A DNA stretch of 64,000 bases from Selaginella moellendorffii (Eukaryota; Plantae; Lycopodiophyta): contig NW_003314333.1 of assembly GCF_000143415.4 (NCBI RefSeq), positions 124,001-188,000 on the forward strand, read 5' to 3'. A program made the position numbers and the translations under genes. The notes under the pieces were generated by a model that worked only from the letters and a program-made list of their open reading frames with translations, had not been told where the DNA came from and ran no database searches. Of this stretch, positions 24,831 through 36,040 are shown piece after piece; position 1 is the stretch's first letter, and every line of letters starts with the position of its first letter.

Positions 24831-26263
24831 TCAAAGCTTACTGGGAGCTTTGAGGCTTCCCATGGCTCTGGCCCTGTCTCAGAGCAAGAACTTTTGGACC
24901 TTACCAGTGGACGTCTTTGGAAGCTCTCCAAACACCACGGATTGAGGAACCATGAAGTGGGGCATCCGAGCCCGGCAGTAATCGATGATCCCTCGAGTGC
25001 TGGTCGCACCACCAATGTCCTTGAGCGTCATGAATGCACAGGGCGTCTCCTCCCAGAAATCATCAGGCCAAGCGACCACAGCCGCCTGAAGAGCTTCTGG
25101 ATGGCCATAGAGAACCGACTCCACCTTGATGATACTGATGTTCTCGCCACCTGAGATGATGATATCCTTGGATCGGTCATGCAGCTGGATGTAACCATCC
25201 GGATGGATCACTCCCAAGTCACAGGTATGGAACCATCCTCCCTGAAACACCGCCCTCGTCACCTCATCGTCTTTGTGGTAGCCTTTCATCACAGTGCTTC
25301 TGCAGACCATCACTTCTCCCAGCGTCTGGCCATCTCGGGCAACCCACTCCATGGTTGCCGGATCCTTGACATCGGCCTGGTGAAGCCCAAGGTGGACAAA
25401 GCCTTGCCAGCTCTTGAGCTTGGCTCACTCCTCGAGAGGAAAAGAGTTCCAGTGAGGCTGCCACGCGCAGACTAAAGCCAGCCCGTAAGTCTCCATGAGG
25501 CCGTAAGCCTATGTCATGATGAAGCCGAGCTCCTCCATGCTCGAGAGGATCGCTGCTGGTGGAGGAGCGCCCCCGACGATCACCACCACCTTGTCCGGAA
25601 GATCTCTCCTCTCGCTGGGCATGGAGCTGGCGATCATGTTGAGGACCGTGGGAGCTCCAGAGAGGTGAGTGACGGAGCTCTTGGCTATTGCATCAAAGGT
25701 GGCTTTGGCAGTGACATTGCGTAGACAAATGTTGGTTCCGCCCTGGGCAGCAATCGCCCACGTAAAGCACCAGCCAGAGATAGACTGGAAAAGCTCCCAT
25801 CTCCCACAGGAGAATGCTGGCTATGGAGTTGAGGTACGCTCCTCAGTGAGTGTAGAGAACGCCCTTGGGCCTGGAGGTGGTACTGGATGTGTAGTTCAAG
25901 GTGATGGATTGTTCTTCATCGTCAGGATAGATGAGAGGAAAATCCGGGCTGGAATTCTCGAGCAACTCCTCATACTCTAGAATTCCACCATAGCTGTGAG
26001 CTGCTTGAGAAGTATAGGACTTATCTTTGATAAGGACGAGCTGGGGGAGAGGCTTGGACGATTCAGCCAGGAGCTGGAGAGCTTGCATGATGGGAGGGAA
26101 GAACTCCGAGTCCACGAAGACCGTGGCTCTGGGCATGATCCAGCAGCAGCGCAATTGTGCATGCGTCCAGCTGGAAGTTGATTGTGTTGAGAATTGCCCT
26201 GGCCATGGGAACGCTGAAGTGCATCCCATAGATCGCAGCAACGTTGGGGGCTATGACAGAGAC
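24831..26263 (-). pseudogene. Peroxisomal acyl-activating enzyme (AAE, acetate/butyrate-CoA ligase type), first exon missing
   Basis: LNYTSSTTSRPKGV (AMP-binding motif), GWFHTCDLGVIHPDGYIQLHDRSKDIIISGGENIS, LPKTSTGKVQK. Reading through a TGA gives a C-terminal SKL (PTS1). Frameshifts and stops present. Confidence 0.9.
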
Positions 26264-26527
26264 CTGGAAGGATGCAAGAACAAGAAATGACAACCAAGAA
26301 CATGATATTTCAATGGATCAATTGGCCAATTTCAATCGAGAGCACTAAAATCTCGCATACCACAACACCAAGATTGATGTTGAGCCGGAGTGCCAAGCTT
26401 GTAATACTCCCCATCATCTTGTGGAAAGACAGCTAGAGTCAATTGTAATTTCCTGTGTGTTTGAGTTTGTGGTGTTTGATCTGATAGGGCCTTTTCCATG
26501 ATTGACTGTTAGCAATAAATATGTCAA

Positions 26528-29400
26528 GGGCTGGGTAGTTTTTGAGCTAAGCTCAAGTCAATGAAAGTTAATATAGTCCACCAAATACAATATTTAATGT
26601 TTAAATGATTGATTTCAGGACAAACCAACAATTCTATTCAAAACTTAAGACATATATTCTGTCCAAGAAAAAGCTAAATAATATAAGTCTAATAAGAAAA
26701 TAAATATCATAACTCAAAGAAGAAACTTTATATAACCACTAAAAAATTCGATTAAAAAAAAAAACTAAACTTAGTCTTCCTTGGCATCCACATCCACAAA
26801 AGGAGGAGTTCGTATAGTATTATGCTCTCTAGCTGTGGGCTTTTGTTGAGCTTGTGCCATTGCTTCTGCATAACATGGCAAATTATAGCCCACGTCATCG
26901 ATCCACCTAATATATACAACCATGATGGAATTACTATAATGAGAAATTTATACTTTATTATCACCTGTTATGAAATGTCCCAAGAACACATTCAAATGCA
27001 CTCTCTTTCTCTAGTGCAAAAACTGCATGGCCAGTCTCTTTAGCCACTAGCACCATCGAACCAAAACCTGTTATAGTATCAAGCACAATCCCTTTAGGAG
27101 GACAAAATAACTCTAGGAGGATTTGCATGGCCTTTGGTGAATGGTGTCGATAGCCAAGGAACTCTATATGATGGTCCTCGTTGATGACATTCGGGATGAT
27201 ATCTATTTAGCTATTATATCCTGGCAATGCTAAACCTGCATGCTCATCAGCTCATGTAATACTGTGACGGCAAGAGTAGTGGCAGAGAGCATGGTAGTTC
27301 CATGCTAAAACCTACAATGAAAAGAGGCAATCAATTTAAGATATGAAAAATAAGGAAATGCAAACCTTTTGGATTTGGCCACCAGCTCCTTTTGTTTCGA
27401 CCGGGATGTTTGAGAGTAGGCAGCCTGATGTAAACTCAACCAATCTAGAGTCATCATTCTCCGCCATCGTTGCAAGAAGACCTCCCCAAAATAAAGAATG
27501 GGGAAGAATGACTAGCATAATACCCTCGTATCGCAACACCTTGGATGCCACATCCACTGCTTGAGAAATATGGTCCGGTCGAAGGATGTTCCAGGATGGA
27601 GTGTCGCCTTGTAAAGGTGGTAACCCATCAGGCAGGTCGAAGAATGCGAGGTTGATGCTGAAAGTATTGTTCATTCCCAATCCTCATATCCATCGATGGA
27701 ACATAGAAGACTCTCGGCTCACATTTTTGGAAAGCTGAAAGTAGTCCCCAATAACTATTTCCATGTTGCCAACATTTCCTTTAGAAGAAAGAGGGTGAAC
27801 CTGAATAGTGTTCAAAACTGGGAAATATTAAAGTTAATACATGTTTTTTTCATACCTGTTTATGTGAAGCTGATGAAGATAACTCTTGGAGGTCATCCTC
27901 TGTAGCAGTGGGGAGGGATGGAAAGAATGCATTTGTATGTCAATGTATAGAGTGCTGGCTGATTTCTCTGACATCTACAACCAAATTACAATAAGCAAGG
28001 TCATTGGAAATCAAGTTCTTACTCTCTTGGACATCCTCACTATGGAGCTGCCTTTGCACATTTCGAGCTGTCGGGGCTGGACGAGTAGCGGCAATAGGAT
28101 CTGGGGAATGAGCAACTGTTGTAGGATGAGATGGGGCAGGAGAGTTTTCAGCCGGGTTCTCCACTCGTTCGTCTTCAGTCTGCTTAATATGAACCTCGTC
28201 CCTGTCTTGAGGCATCTCCACTCCCTCCAAAAGTGCCTCTACAATAAAGTAGAAACATATACTACTAGGAAATTTTACTCATCAAACCTAGATGGCACTT
28301 GAGGTAGAGATCAAGCTCAAAAAGTGATGATGGCATTTGCCTCCACAACTCAAAGTACCATGGACAAAGTTCTTGCTCTCGTGCAGTGGGACAATGGAAT
28401 TCTAGCTCATACATGCTAAATTTCTTCCCACCAATTAAGAGCTTGAGAAAAACACTTGCTGTGTACACTGGAGCACTTGGGCAATGATTTAAATACCTAT
28501 AAAAATAAGCAAGTTAATTTCTTGCAATATGACTATATGCCATGTGGTGCGAGAAAAATGGTTGGCCCGGCTAGTTCTTGTAATCCATGGAGCTTGAGCT
28601 GCCATCAGGAAGCCATCCATCCCCAAGCTCTTGAAGGGAAGCTCGGACATATTCTGGAAGTGTTATGCTAGTGGGAGCACTAGTAAGGAATTTTGTATCC
28701 CATGCTTGAAGTAGCTCCTTAGCAGCAACAATACTTTGAGTGATATAAAGCTTCTTCTTCATCACATTCTCAAGTTTGCTCTCCAACCTCTTATCATTGT
28801 TACAATGCCAAATGTTGAGGAGCTCCAAGCAAGAGGCTAGGGTTGGTGAGTCACTATGGTCCTAGGAGGCTCTTAAAGCATCTCGATGGTGGACAGATAG
28901 TTGCAAAAGCTCTAGAAATGGAGCTCTTTGCCAAAATCTATGTGATTTTGCTTGCCTTGACGTGTGATGAAGTCAGTAGTAGTCAAGGATTGATGGAGTT
29001 GGATGTCACTTTAGGGGTGACTTGGAGCAGCTGGGAGTTGAAAAAATTCCCAGCTTTTTGGATTCTCTTTGGAAGACCATGCATGGTTTCTCGCTTTGAG
29101 GATGATCGGGAAGGAAGGATTTTTGGATTTAGTGGTAGGAACTGTTGCCACAATTGGGACCAATGGCAAACGGAGTCGATTCGGTGTTACATGGACTTGG
29201 ATCTGGATGTGATATGACAGGGGTGACTACAGCCGTTTCTACTTCAGGCCTAGTCACACTTTGGATGAGGGAGCTATTCACTAGGTAGCATGAGCTTCGG
29301 GCAGCATGCCAGTTTTTGTATTAGTCCCTATGGGACATTGGGGAATGTACATACACGTTTCGTCAATTTGGTGTTACAAAGGGGACCTAAAAAAAAAAAT
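26528..29400 (-). mobile_element. Element E1: DNA-transposon-like element, one terminus visible, cut by a LINE
   Basis: Terminus GGGCTGGGTAGTTTTTGAGCTAAGCTCAAGTCAATGAAAGT is shared with 39026, while the flanks are unrelated. Carries the methyltransferase-like gene. Confidence 0.65.
26770..29390 (-). pseudogene. Spliced gene ending in a beta-class DNA amino-methyltransferase-like (N6A/N4C) domain, copy 1
   Basis: IVIGDY...SINLAFFDLPDG (motif IV-like)...WN...ASKVLRYEGIMLV, then intron 27312-27365, then PKAMQILLELFCPPKGIVLDTITGFGSMVLVAKETGHAVFALEKE (motif I-like). Further intron at 27801-27855. Some stops. Confidence 0.78.
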
Positions 29401-29599
29401 GAATGGCGTGTTGGGGCATACAGTGTCCAGCACCATGGCTACTGTGATTGGAGGCGTGGCTAGAAGAGGGAGAGTGCAAAGGGGAGAGTGCCCAATCTCC
29501 TCGCACTTGCTACCGACAGTGGGGGCATCCGCCACGAGATTCAGGGAAGAATTGCTCCAAAATCTCTCTGATTTTTGTTTTTCACTGCAGGATGGAACG

Positions 29600-32500
29600 T
29601 CGTCCTGCACCAAGCAGTAGTGGAGGGAGAACCAAGCCTCAGCCATTCGCACTTGGAAGAGGCACTAGAGGCCGCAGCCTTAGCATCCGACTGCCCTAGG
29701 GAGGGATGCTGAAGGGAAGAGCTGCCAACAGCAAAACTGGAAGGAGGGCTTTACTGGGCTCTTTAGAGGATAGTGAACAGCTAGGTTTGAGTGGCACAGC
29801 AGGAAGCAGTGAGCACACTATTAGCGACCAAGCAGGCTCAAGGCAAAAATCACACCACACAGAAATTGATCACCTTGCAAAGCGCACAGCCATGGATCTC
29901 CACAAAGAGGTTGTGCAGGGAACAAGGGAGATGATGATCAGGGCTCAACACACTTGCAAACTCCTCGCAGGACTTGTGGACACACCAATGGGCACGCTGG
30001 AAAAGCTAGTCCCACTGGAACAGGATGGTGGTGCACACAGAGATAGTTTGACCATCAAGGAGGGGATACCAGCACTAGATACTATCATGGAGACCAGCTC
30101 AAGACTTCTTGGGAACCAACAGGAAGAAGACGTGACACTGGACGAAGCAATCCTGCCTAGAAGTGCAGGAAAGGCGATGCATAAGACACCAGAAGGGGAG
30201 CTGTGTAGTAGCATGGACAGAGCAATAGAGCAGGAGCCTTCAAGGGCATAGGGACCTGGGCCAGGGATGTCTCAACCGGCCTCACCAACCACACAGCATG
30301 GCTCCCCCGTACAGCAAAGTTGTGCACTGAACAAAGCAGCACATGAAGCAAGTGGATTCCTAGGCTCTGGAGATCTAGCCAGTGCAGACAGACCACATGA
30401 AGAGGTGGCCACAAGCAGAGCTCTGGACTTGAACTTTCTCAACCCCATCACCGAGCATATGGGACTTAGAGTGGCTCTCAATGTGGGGAAGACGGTTTTT
30501 GGAAAAACCAAAGGCAAGACATGCCCTAATCCAGGCAGGAACAGAAGTGGTGTCACCACTAGGGCAGTGGCAGCAGTGATGAGGGCAGCCACGGTTGCTG
30601 CTCTACCAGTAGGTGGCCATGCAGAAGAGCTGAGGGTAGATCTGGAAGAAGAGAAAGGCTTGGAGACACCAAATGACCAGATGAGAGGTAAAGGATCAGG
30701 TCCAGGGGGAAGAGTTCAGACACTGTCTCACCAGAGCCACAAGTGAAAGCCAAGGCCAAACCAAGAGGGGACTACTCAGCCAAAAGTTTGCTCACATGTG
30801 CCTCTCGGATCTGACCAACAAAGTGAGAACATCACTGCATAGCTCTCCGGTGAAGTCAGCAGAATCTTGACTCAAGAGCAAGATTTCTCTCAGTCACCAG
30901 CTTGACTGTGAGCCCCAGCCACTGGTGCCGGAACAATGTATGCCACACCAGACAGAAGAAGGAATGCTCCGCTAGGATCCCCAAGCCTTTGCAATGGCTC
31001 TGCGAGAGGCCACTCAAGACGAAGTACAACTCCACCAGGACATACTCATTGCAAAAGTATGGCACTAGGAGAGACACCCCGAGGGGGAAGACCGTGCTCT
31101 TGGCCCCACTTTCAGGGAAGCCCTTGATCTTGCGACAGTGGCACTGGTGGCACCAAAAGAGCAAAAGAACACAAACAGCCAGGAGGCTCAACAAACTAAG
31201 GTGCAAGAGGAAGTGACAAGCACGTGGAAGGCACAAGAGGAGCAAGAAGTGGAACAGCAAAGGGACCAAGGCAAGGAGATCCCAGAAGCTAGCAAAAAGG
31301 TGGAGACATGAAAGAAGGAACCAATTTTGGGGAAATGAGTGAAGCCGCTAGCGATACTGCTGGAAGAACAAGAGGAGGAGATGAAGCAAATGGGACAGGA
31401 GGTGGAAATAGAGGCCAAAAGGAACAAGATGGAGAAAAAGAAAGAATGCAAGGTGGTGCACAGGAAGTTAAAGGCCCAAAGTAGCTCAAAGGAGGCCCTC
31501 GTGTGGGCAAAAGAGGTGGAGGAGTTCCTCCACGAGGAGGACATGTGCTTTGAGGAGGACCAGGAACAAGAAATGGATAGCGCACCAAAAGGAAAAGCAC
31601 AGGGAGCCTCGGCAGGATGTGGTTGGAAAAGGTGGAAGCCAAGTGTTGGACCATATCACACTATGGCCCAGAGGGCCCAGGAGAGCAAGGTGACTTGGAA
31701 ATTGAGCGAGAGCAAGGAGGCTGCTCCACACAAGGAAAAGTGGTGAAGGAAGTCCCCCAGACAGAAGACTCTAAGCCAGATCCCCACACCGGAGAGTCAG
31801 GGAAACGAGCTGGAATAGCACCAGATGCCAAGGTGATGGCGAAGACAGTCAAGCTGTGCATGGTACTCAGCCAGGTGGTGGCAGCCAGAGAAGAAGAACT
31901 ATGCCATAGAGCAGTGATTGCAGTATTCAAGGGGAAGTTTCCCACTAGTTACATGGCCATGGACTGGCTGAACGCTACGCTGGAGTAGGGGATTACAATC
32001 AAGAACTTGCTCCCACACGGACATGGATGCTACATAGTGGTGTTTGAGGTAGAGGAGCCGCGGGCTTGAGTAGAGGAGCTACATGGCCTCATTGACGATA
32101 GCTGGGCGGTGTCCTTTCACCCGTGGATTCCAAGGTTCACGGCAGATGATCAGGCACGATTGAAGGGTCCCACTTAATGTGGCACTGTGGGACATATCAA
32201 TGGAGATGAGGATTAAAGAGGTGATAAGAGAGCTTGTCAAAAGAAGCATTGGGCAAATTGCCTTGGGCCTGGACACTGTGGATGCGGAGGGCATCCTGGG
32301 CCCTATCAAGCTTAAGGTCTTTGTCTCATCCCTAGCAGAAGTTCCAATAGAGATAGCAGTCCTGGGATAGTACGTTTGAATCCAGGTGGAAAACGCAGCA
32401 CCATGCTATCGTTTTTGCCTACAGCCTAGCCACAGTGAGAATGCATGCACTGCCAAAAGGCCCAAGCTTGCTCCAAGACGTCCCTTTGAACTCCCAGAGG

Positions 32501-32708
32501 CTGTGGAGAAGCAACTGAAGCAGCGCCCTCCAAAGCAAGCTCCACACATCCGATTCCCAAGTGCACCACCTTTCTCTAGACCTGATACATGGCCTAGAAT
32601 GTTCGAGATCCTGATTGCTGAAAAGGATGGCAAAGGCTTTCAGCAGGTTCTAACTCGGACAGTGAACATGGCGGTCAAATGGATCCCACCCAGGAGAGAG
32701 CTGACAAT
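29600..32708 (+). mobile_element. L1-type LINE ORF1 remnant, cut by A2
   Basis: Long low-complexity N-terminus, then AVIAVFKGKFPTSYMAMDWL...GCYIVVFE...FHPW (RRM/DUF4283-like) and a zinc knuckle CYRFCLQPSHSENAC. Confidence 0.7.
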
Positions 32709-35700
32709 TGTTAGGGCGTGGCGACTGAGAGAGTGAGAGAGAGAGAGGGAATATTCTAGTCCTCAAAATATTCCTCATCTTCTTTGTATAAAACCCTTGC
32801 CCCATAAGGGCAAGGGGGGGCATTTTTGTGAAGTGCATTGAAACATTTCTCATGTTTGAGCGAATGTTGGGGAGGCGCCCCCAACGGTGTGATGCGTAGC
32901 ACTTTCTGAGGTGTCATTTCTCTCTTTTTCTTTTGGTTGTAGACATTGGGAACCAATTTCTCATTCGTCTTGCTGTGGTTTTGTTGGATCTTAGGCTTGT
33001 TGGATAGGTCTGGAGCTCCTCTTTCCAGCAAGGTATGGCATTCATCAAGCCGGGCAGTATTTGAAGAGATACACGTTTCTTGGTTCGGTTAGATGAACAT
33101 TTTGGGGTTTTCACTTTCTCGCTTGGATCCTCGGCCCAATTTCTCAAAGTAGTGCATTTGGGCTTGTAAATTTAGCCTAGATATATGAGTAGTGGTGATT
33201 CTTAGCACTAGATTTGGGCAAATTGATGGCATGCAAAAGGATTTTCTTCTCAGGCTAGATTGGGTCATCTCTATAGCAGGAATTCATACTTCTCCGGGAT
33301 TTATTTTGGATGCTATTTGTTTTTAGAGGTTCTCCTAATCCTGGGTTTTCTAAAACTATCAACAGCGCCTTAGTATCGATCCACATTAGTGATATGCACA
33401 TGTTTTTCCACAATATTGGTGTTCTGGGCTACCTCTTCTTGGATTTCAAGGAATGTTGAGGCAGCTTCTTCACAAATTCTTGCGATAGAGGGTAGACGGG
33501 GCTCAGCCCTTTCCAACGAGCCAACCTACAATCAAAATGGGGAAGGATCGTGACCAGAGGACTCATTTTTCTCTTTTGGGCTAAACTTTGTTGAGGGTTC
33601 CTTGGGAATGAAGCAATCTTCAAGGAACAAGTAGGCGTAAGAACAGGAACAGGAGTTGGTGTAAGAATAAGAACAAGAGGAGCAAGAACAAGAGTTGGCG
33701 TAGGAACAGGGACAATAGGGGCAGGCGTAGGGATAGGAGTTGATGTTAGAGCAGGTGCAAGAGTAGGAGCGAGAGTAGGGGGTTACTGGTTACAAGTTAT
33801 AAGTCCCTAGTTACTGGTTATTAGCTACTAGTTACTGGCTACTCCAATGGCTACTCCAGCAGCTACTTTGGCGATTACCCCATGGGTCAACGGTTATGTG
33901 TGCTTGAGGCCTACATCTCCTTCCATTTTGACCTTATTTCTCTTTGTCATAGGCACTTTGGGCAGCTTGAGCACAAGTCTACAATCTTCTTGCTCCTGTC
34001 AACCTAGTTGCCTTGACCAGGCATTTGTAGTGTTCAGAGTATTTGATGTCGTTACAAACTAGACATATGACAAATTGGCACCCTTTTACCATACCTCAAG
34101 GCCCTAAAGTATGGAGTAAACTTTCTAACATCCAAAGGCAGCTTAGGTACTACACTGCACCTTCTCGAGCCGAGTCCTCTTCATCCTCGGCAGATTCTAG
34201 TGTAGATCTAGGAGTTATGGTGCAGCCACCTTTAGCTCGACTTCAACTCCATGTTTTGTAGAAAGGGAGTGATCTGCCGACCTTCTCGGGTATTGCAACA
34301 GTCTCTCCAACATCACATATCAGTCGCTTTGATTACTACTGCACCACAAACATGATCGTCGATAATGATCATATGTGCCGCGACTTCTTGCAGTCTCTCA
34401 AAGGCAAAACAGCAACTTGGGCAGATTCTCTCCTCCCAGAGGACCGGACAGACTTCCAGACACTACCTGCTTCTTTTAGAGAATGTTTCGTAGAAGAAAA
34501 ACCCACAAATCAGCTACTTGTCGACCTCTTTTCATTCCGGCAGGGTGCTCATGAGTCTGTTCTTGACTATATCACCTGGTTTCAACCATACTAGAAGCAG
34601 TGTTGGAATCGCAAAGTGGTCCAAGATGAGCAACAGGGGATCATGGCATTCACAGCAGGTCTTCGTGGGAACTTGTAGAGGAAACTTCTTGAGAAGACAT
34701 TCAGGTCTTGTCGCAAGGCATTTTTATTTGCCACGAAGTTGGAAAGAGAGCTTCTTGTCGACCTGGGGATTGCTAGAGTTGATTTCGACCTAGCCATAAC
34801 CCCGTCAGAGTCACCTTTTGCAGCTATTCACCTGTCCACACCAAAGTCTATCACTATTGAGCATACACCTCCGGCTATTGAAAAATTTGCCAACAAGATG
34901 TGGCAGCTGAAGGAGATCATTCTTCAGCAACAATCACACCATGACAAACTGCTCTAGGAGCTAGTGGAGTCCCAGAAAGAGGCTGCTACAGCTCAAGAAT
35001 GCAGATTTAAGTCCATTGGTGCACTCATTGGGAAATGAACACACAAAACATGCAGTGCTGCTTCAAGCGTCACCTTGAGCTTTGGCCTCCATCTTCTCAA
35101 CATGTCCAACAACATCCCTTCGGTGATAATTCCTCATCGTCTCGGGGTCCAGAGACATATCAAAAGCAGTTGGAGTGACAACCAATTGAGGCAGCCCCTT
35201 CGTCAAACAAAGGCAAAGCACCAGCCTCATTGGTCAACACAATTTTGGTAGTCGAGGAACTCTATAGGCAACAGCAGCAAACCACAGCCACTCGAGCCCA
35301 AGCGAAGAAGAAGGCAACTGCTCAGCCTGGCATCGATCCCCTAGCGTTGGTTGAGAGTGAACCTCTATCAACACCAAATCCAGTGACACAAAGGGTGGCT
35401 TGTAAGCTCCCTTTCAAGTCACTACTCTCTTCTCCTCCTGAGATCTCACCAACAACTATTCCTGTTCTGGAGCCAATTCTTCAATAGCTGATTGACACTC
35501 CCATCACCTTTTCGCTCTGAGACATGTTGTGTCTTGTCCCGGGATTTGGCCAGTGTTTAGAGGAGTTTGCATGGTCAGGAACACCAGAGAGCACTCTCAA
35601 GAGGACTTCTCAAGATGTGCACATTGTCGACATGACAAGATACGGTGGAGATCTTGGTCCATTCTTCGTCCTGGTGTAGATTGGTACTTCTTCTTGTAAG

Positions 35701-36040
35701 GTGGATGCTTTGGCTGACTCTGGTTCTGGAAGCAACATTATCTCTCTCGAAGCTACCCTTTTGGCACAGCTATAGATCACTAAGAGCTCCTCCATCGTGC
35801 TCAAGACCTTCGCCAACCACACCGTTCCTCCAGCAGGAGTCACAGCCCATTGCACCATTGACAATGCACAACGCAACATGGAAATTAGTGATGAAACCCA
35901 TAGTGCCACCTTTCTCAACAACCATGGCAGAGCTCTTTCTCAGCAAGCCTAGTAGGCTCAGACTAAGATGGCCTCCACACCATACTTTCCTCCTGAGCTC
36001 ACAGAGGTTTTTCCTGGTTGGCAGTGGAGTCGACCATCCA
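32709..36040 (+). mobile_element. Family A copy A2: 5' LTR, leader, gag and internally deleted protease; truncated
   Basis: LTR starts TGTTAGGGCGTGG at 32709 and runs to about 32886. Colinear with A3 and A1. Homology ends near 36040. Confidence 0.9.

Noticed and set aside
26528-26560. Helitron 3' end as an explanation for the element E terminus
   Set aside because: A hairpin is present, but there is no consistent CTRR end or A/T insertion site in the two copies.
26770-27800. Bacterial contamination as the source of the methyltransferase
   Set aside because: It has spliceosomal introns and two diverged copies, and plant transposons are nested within it.
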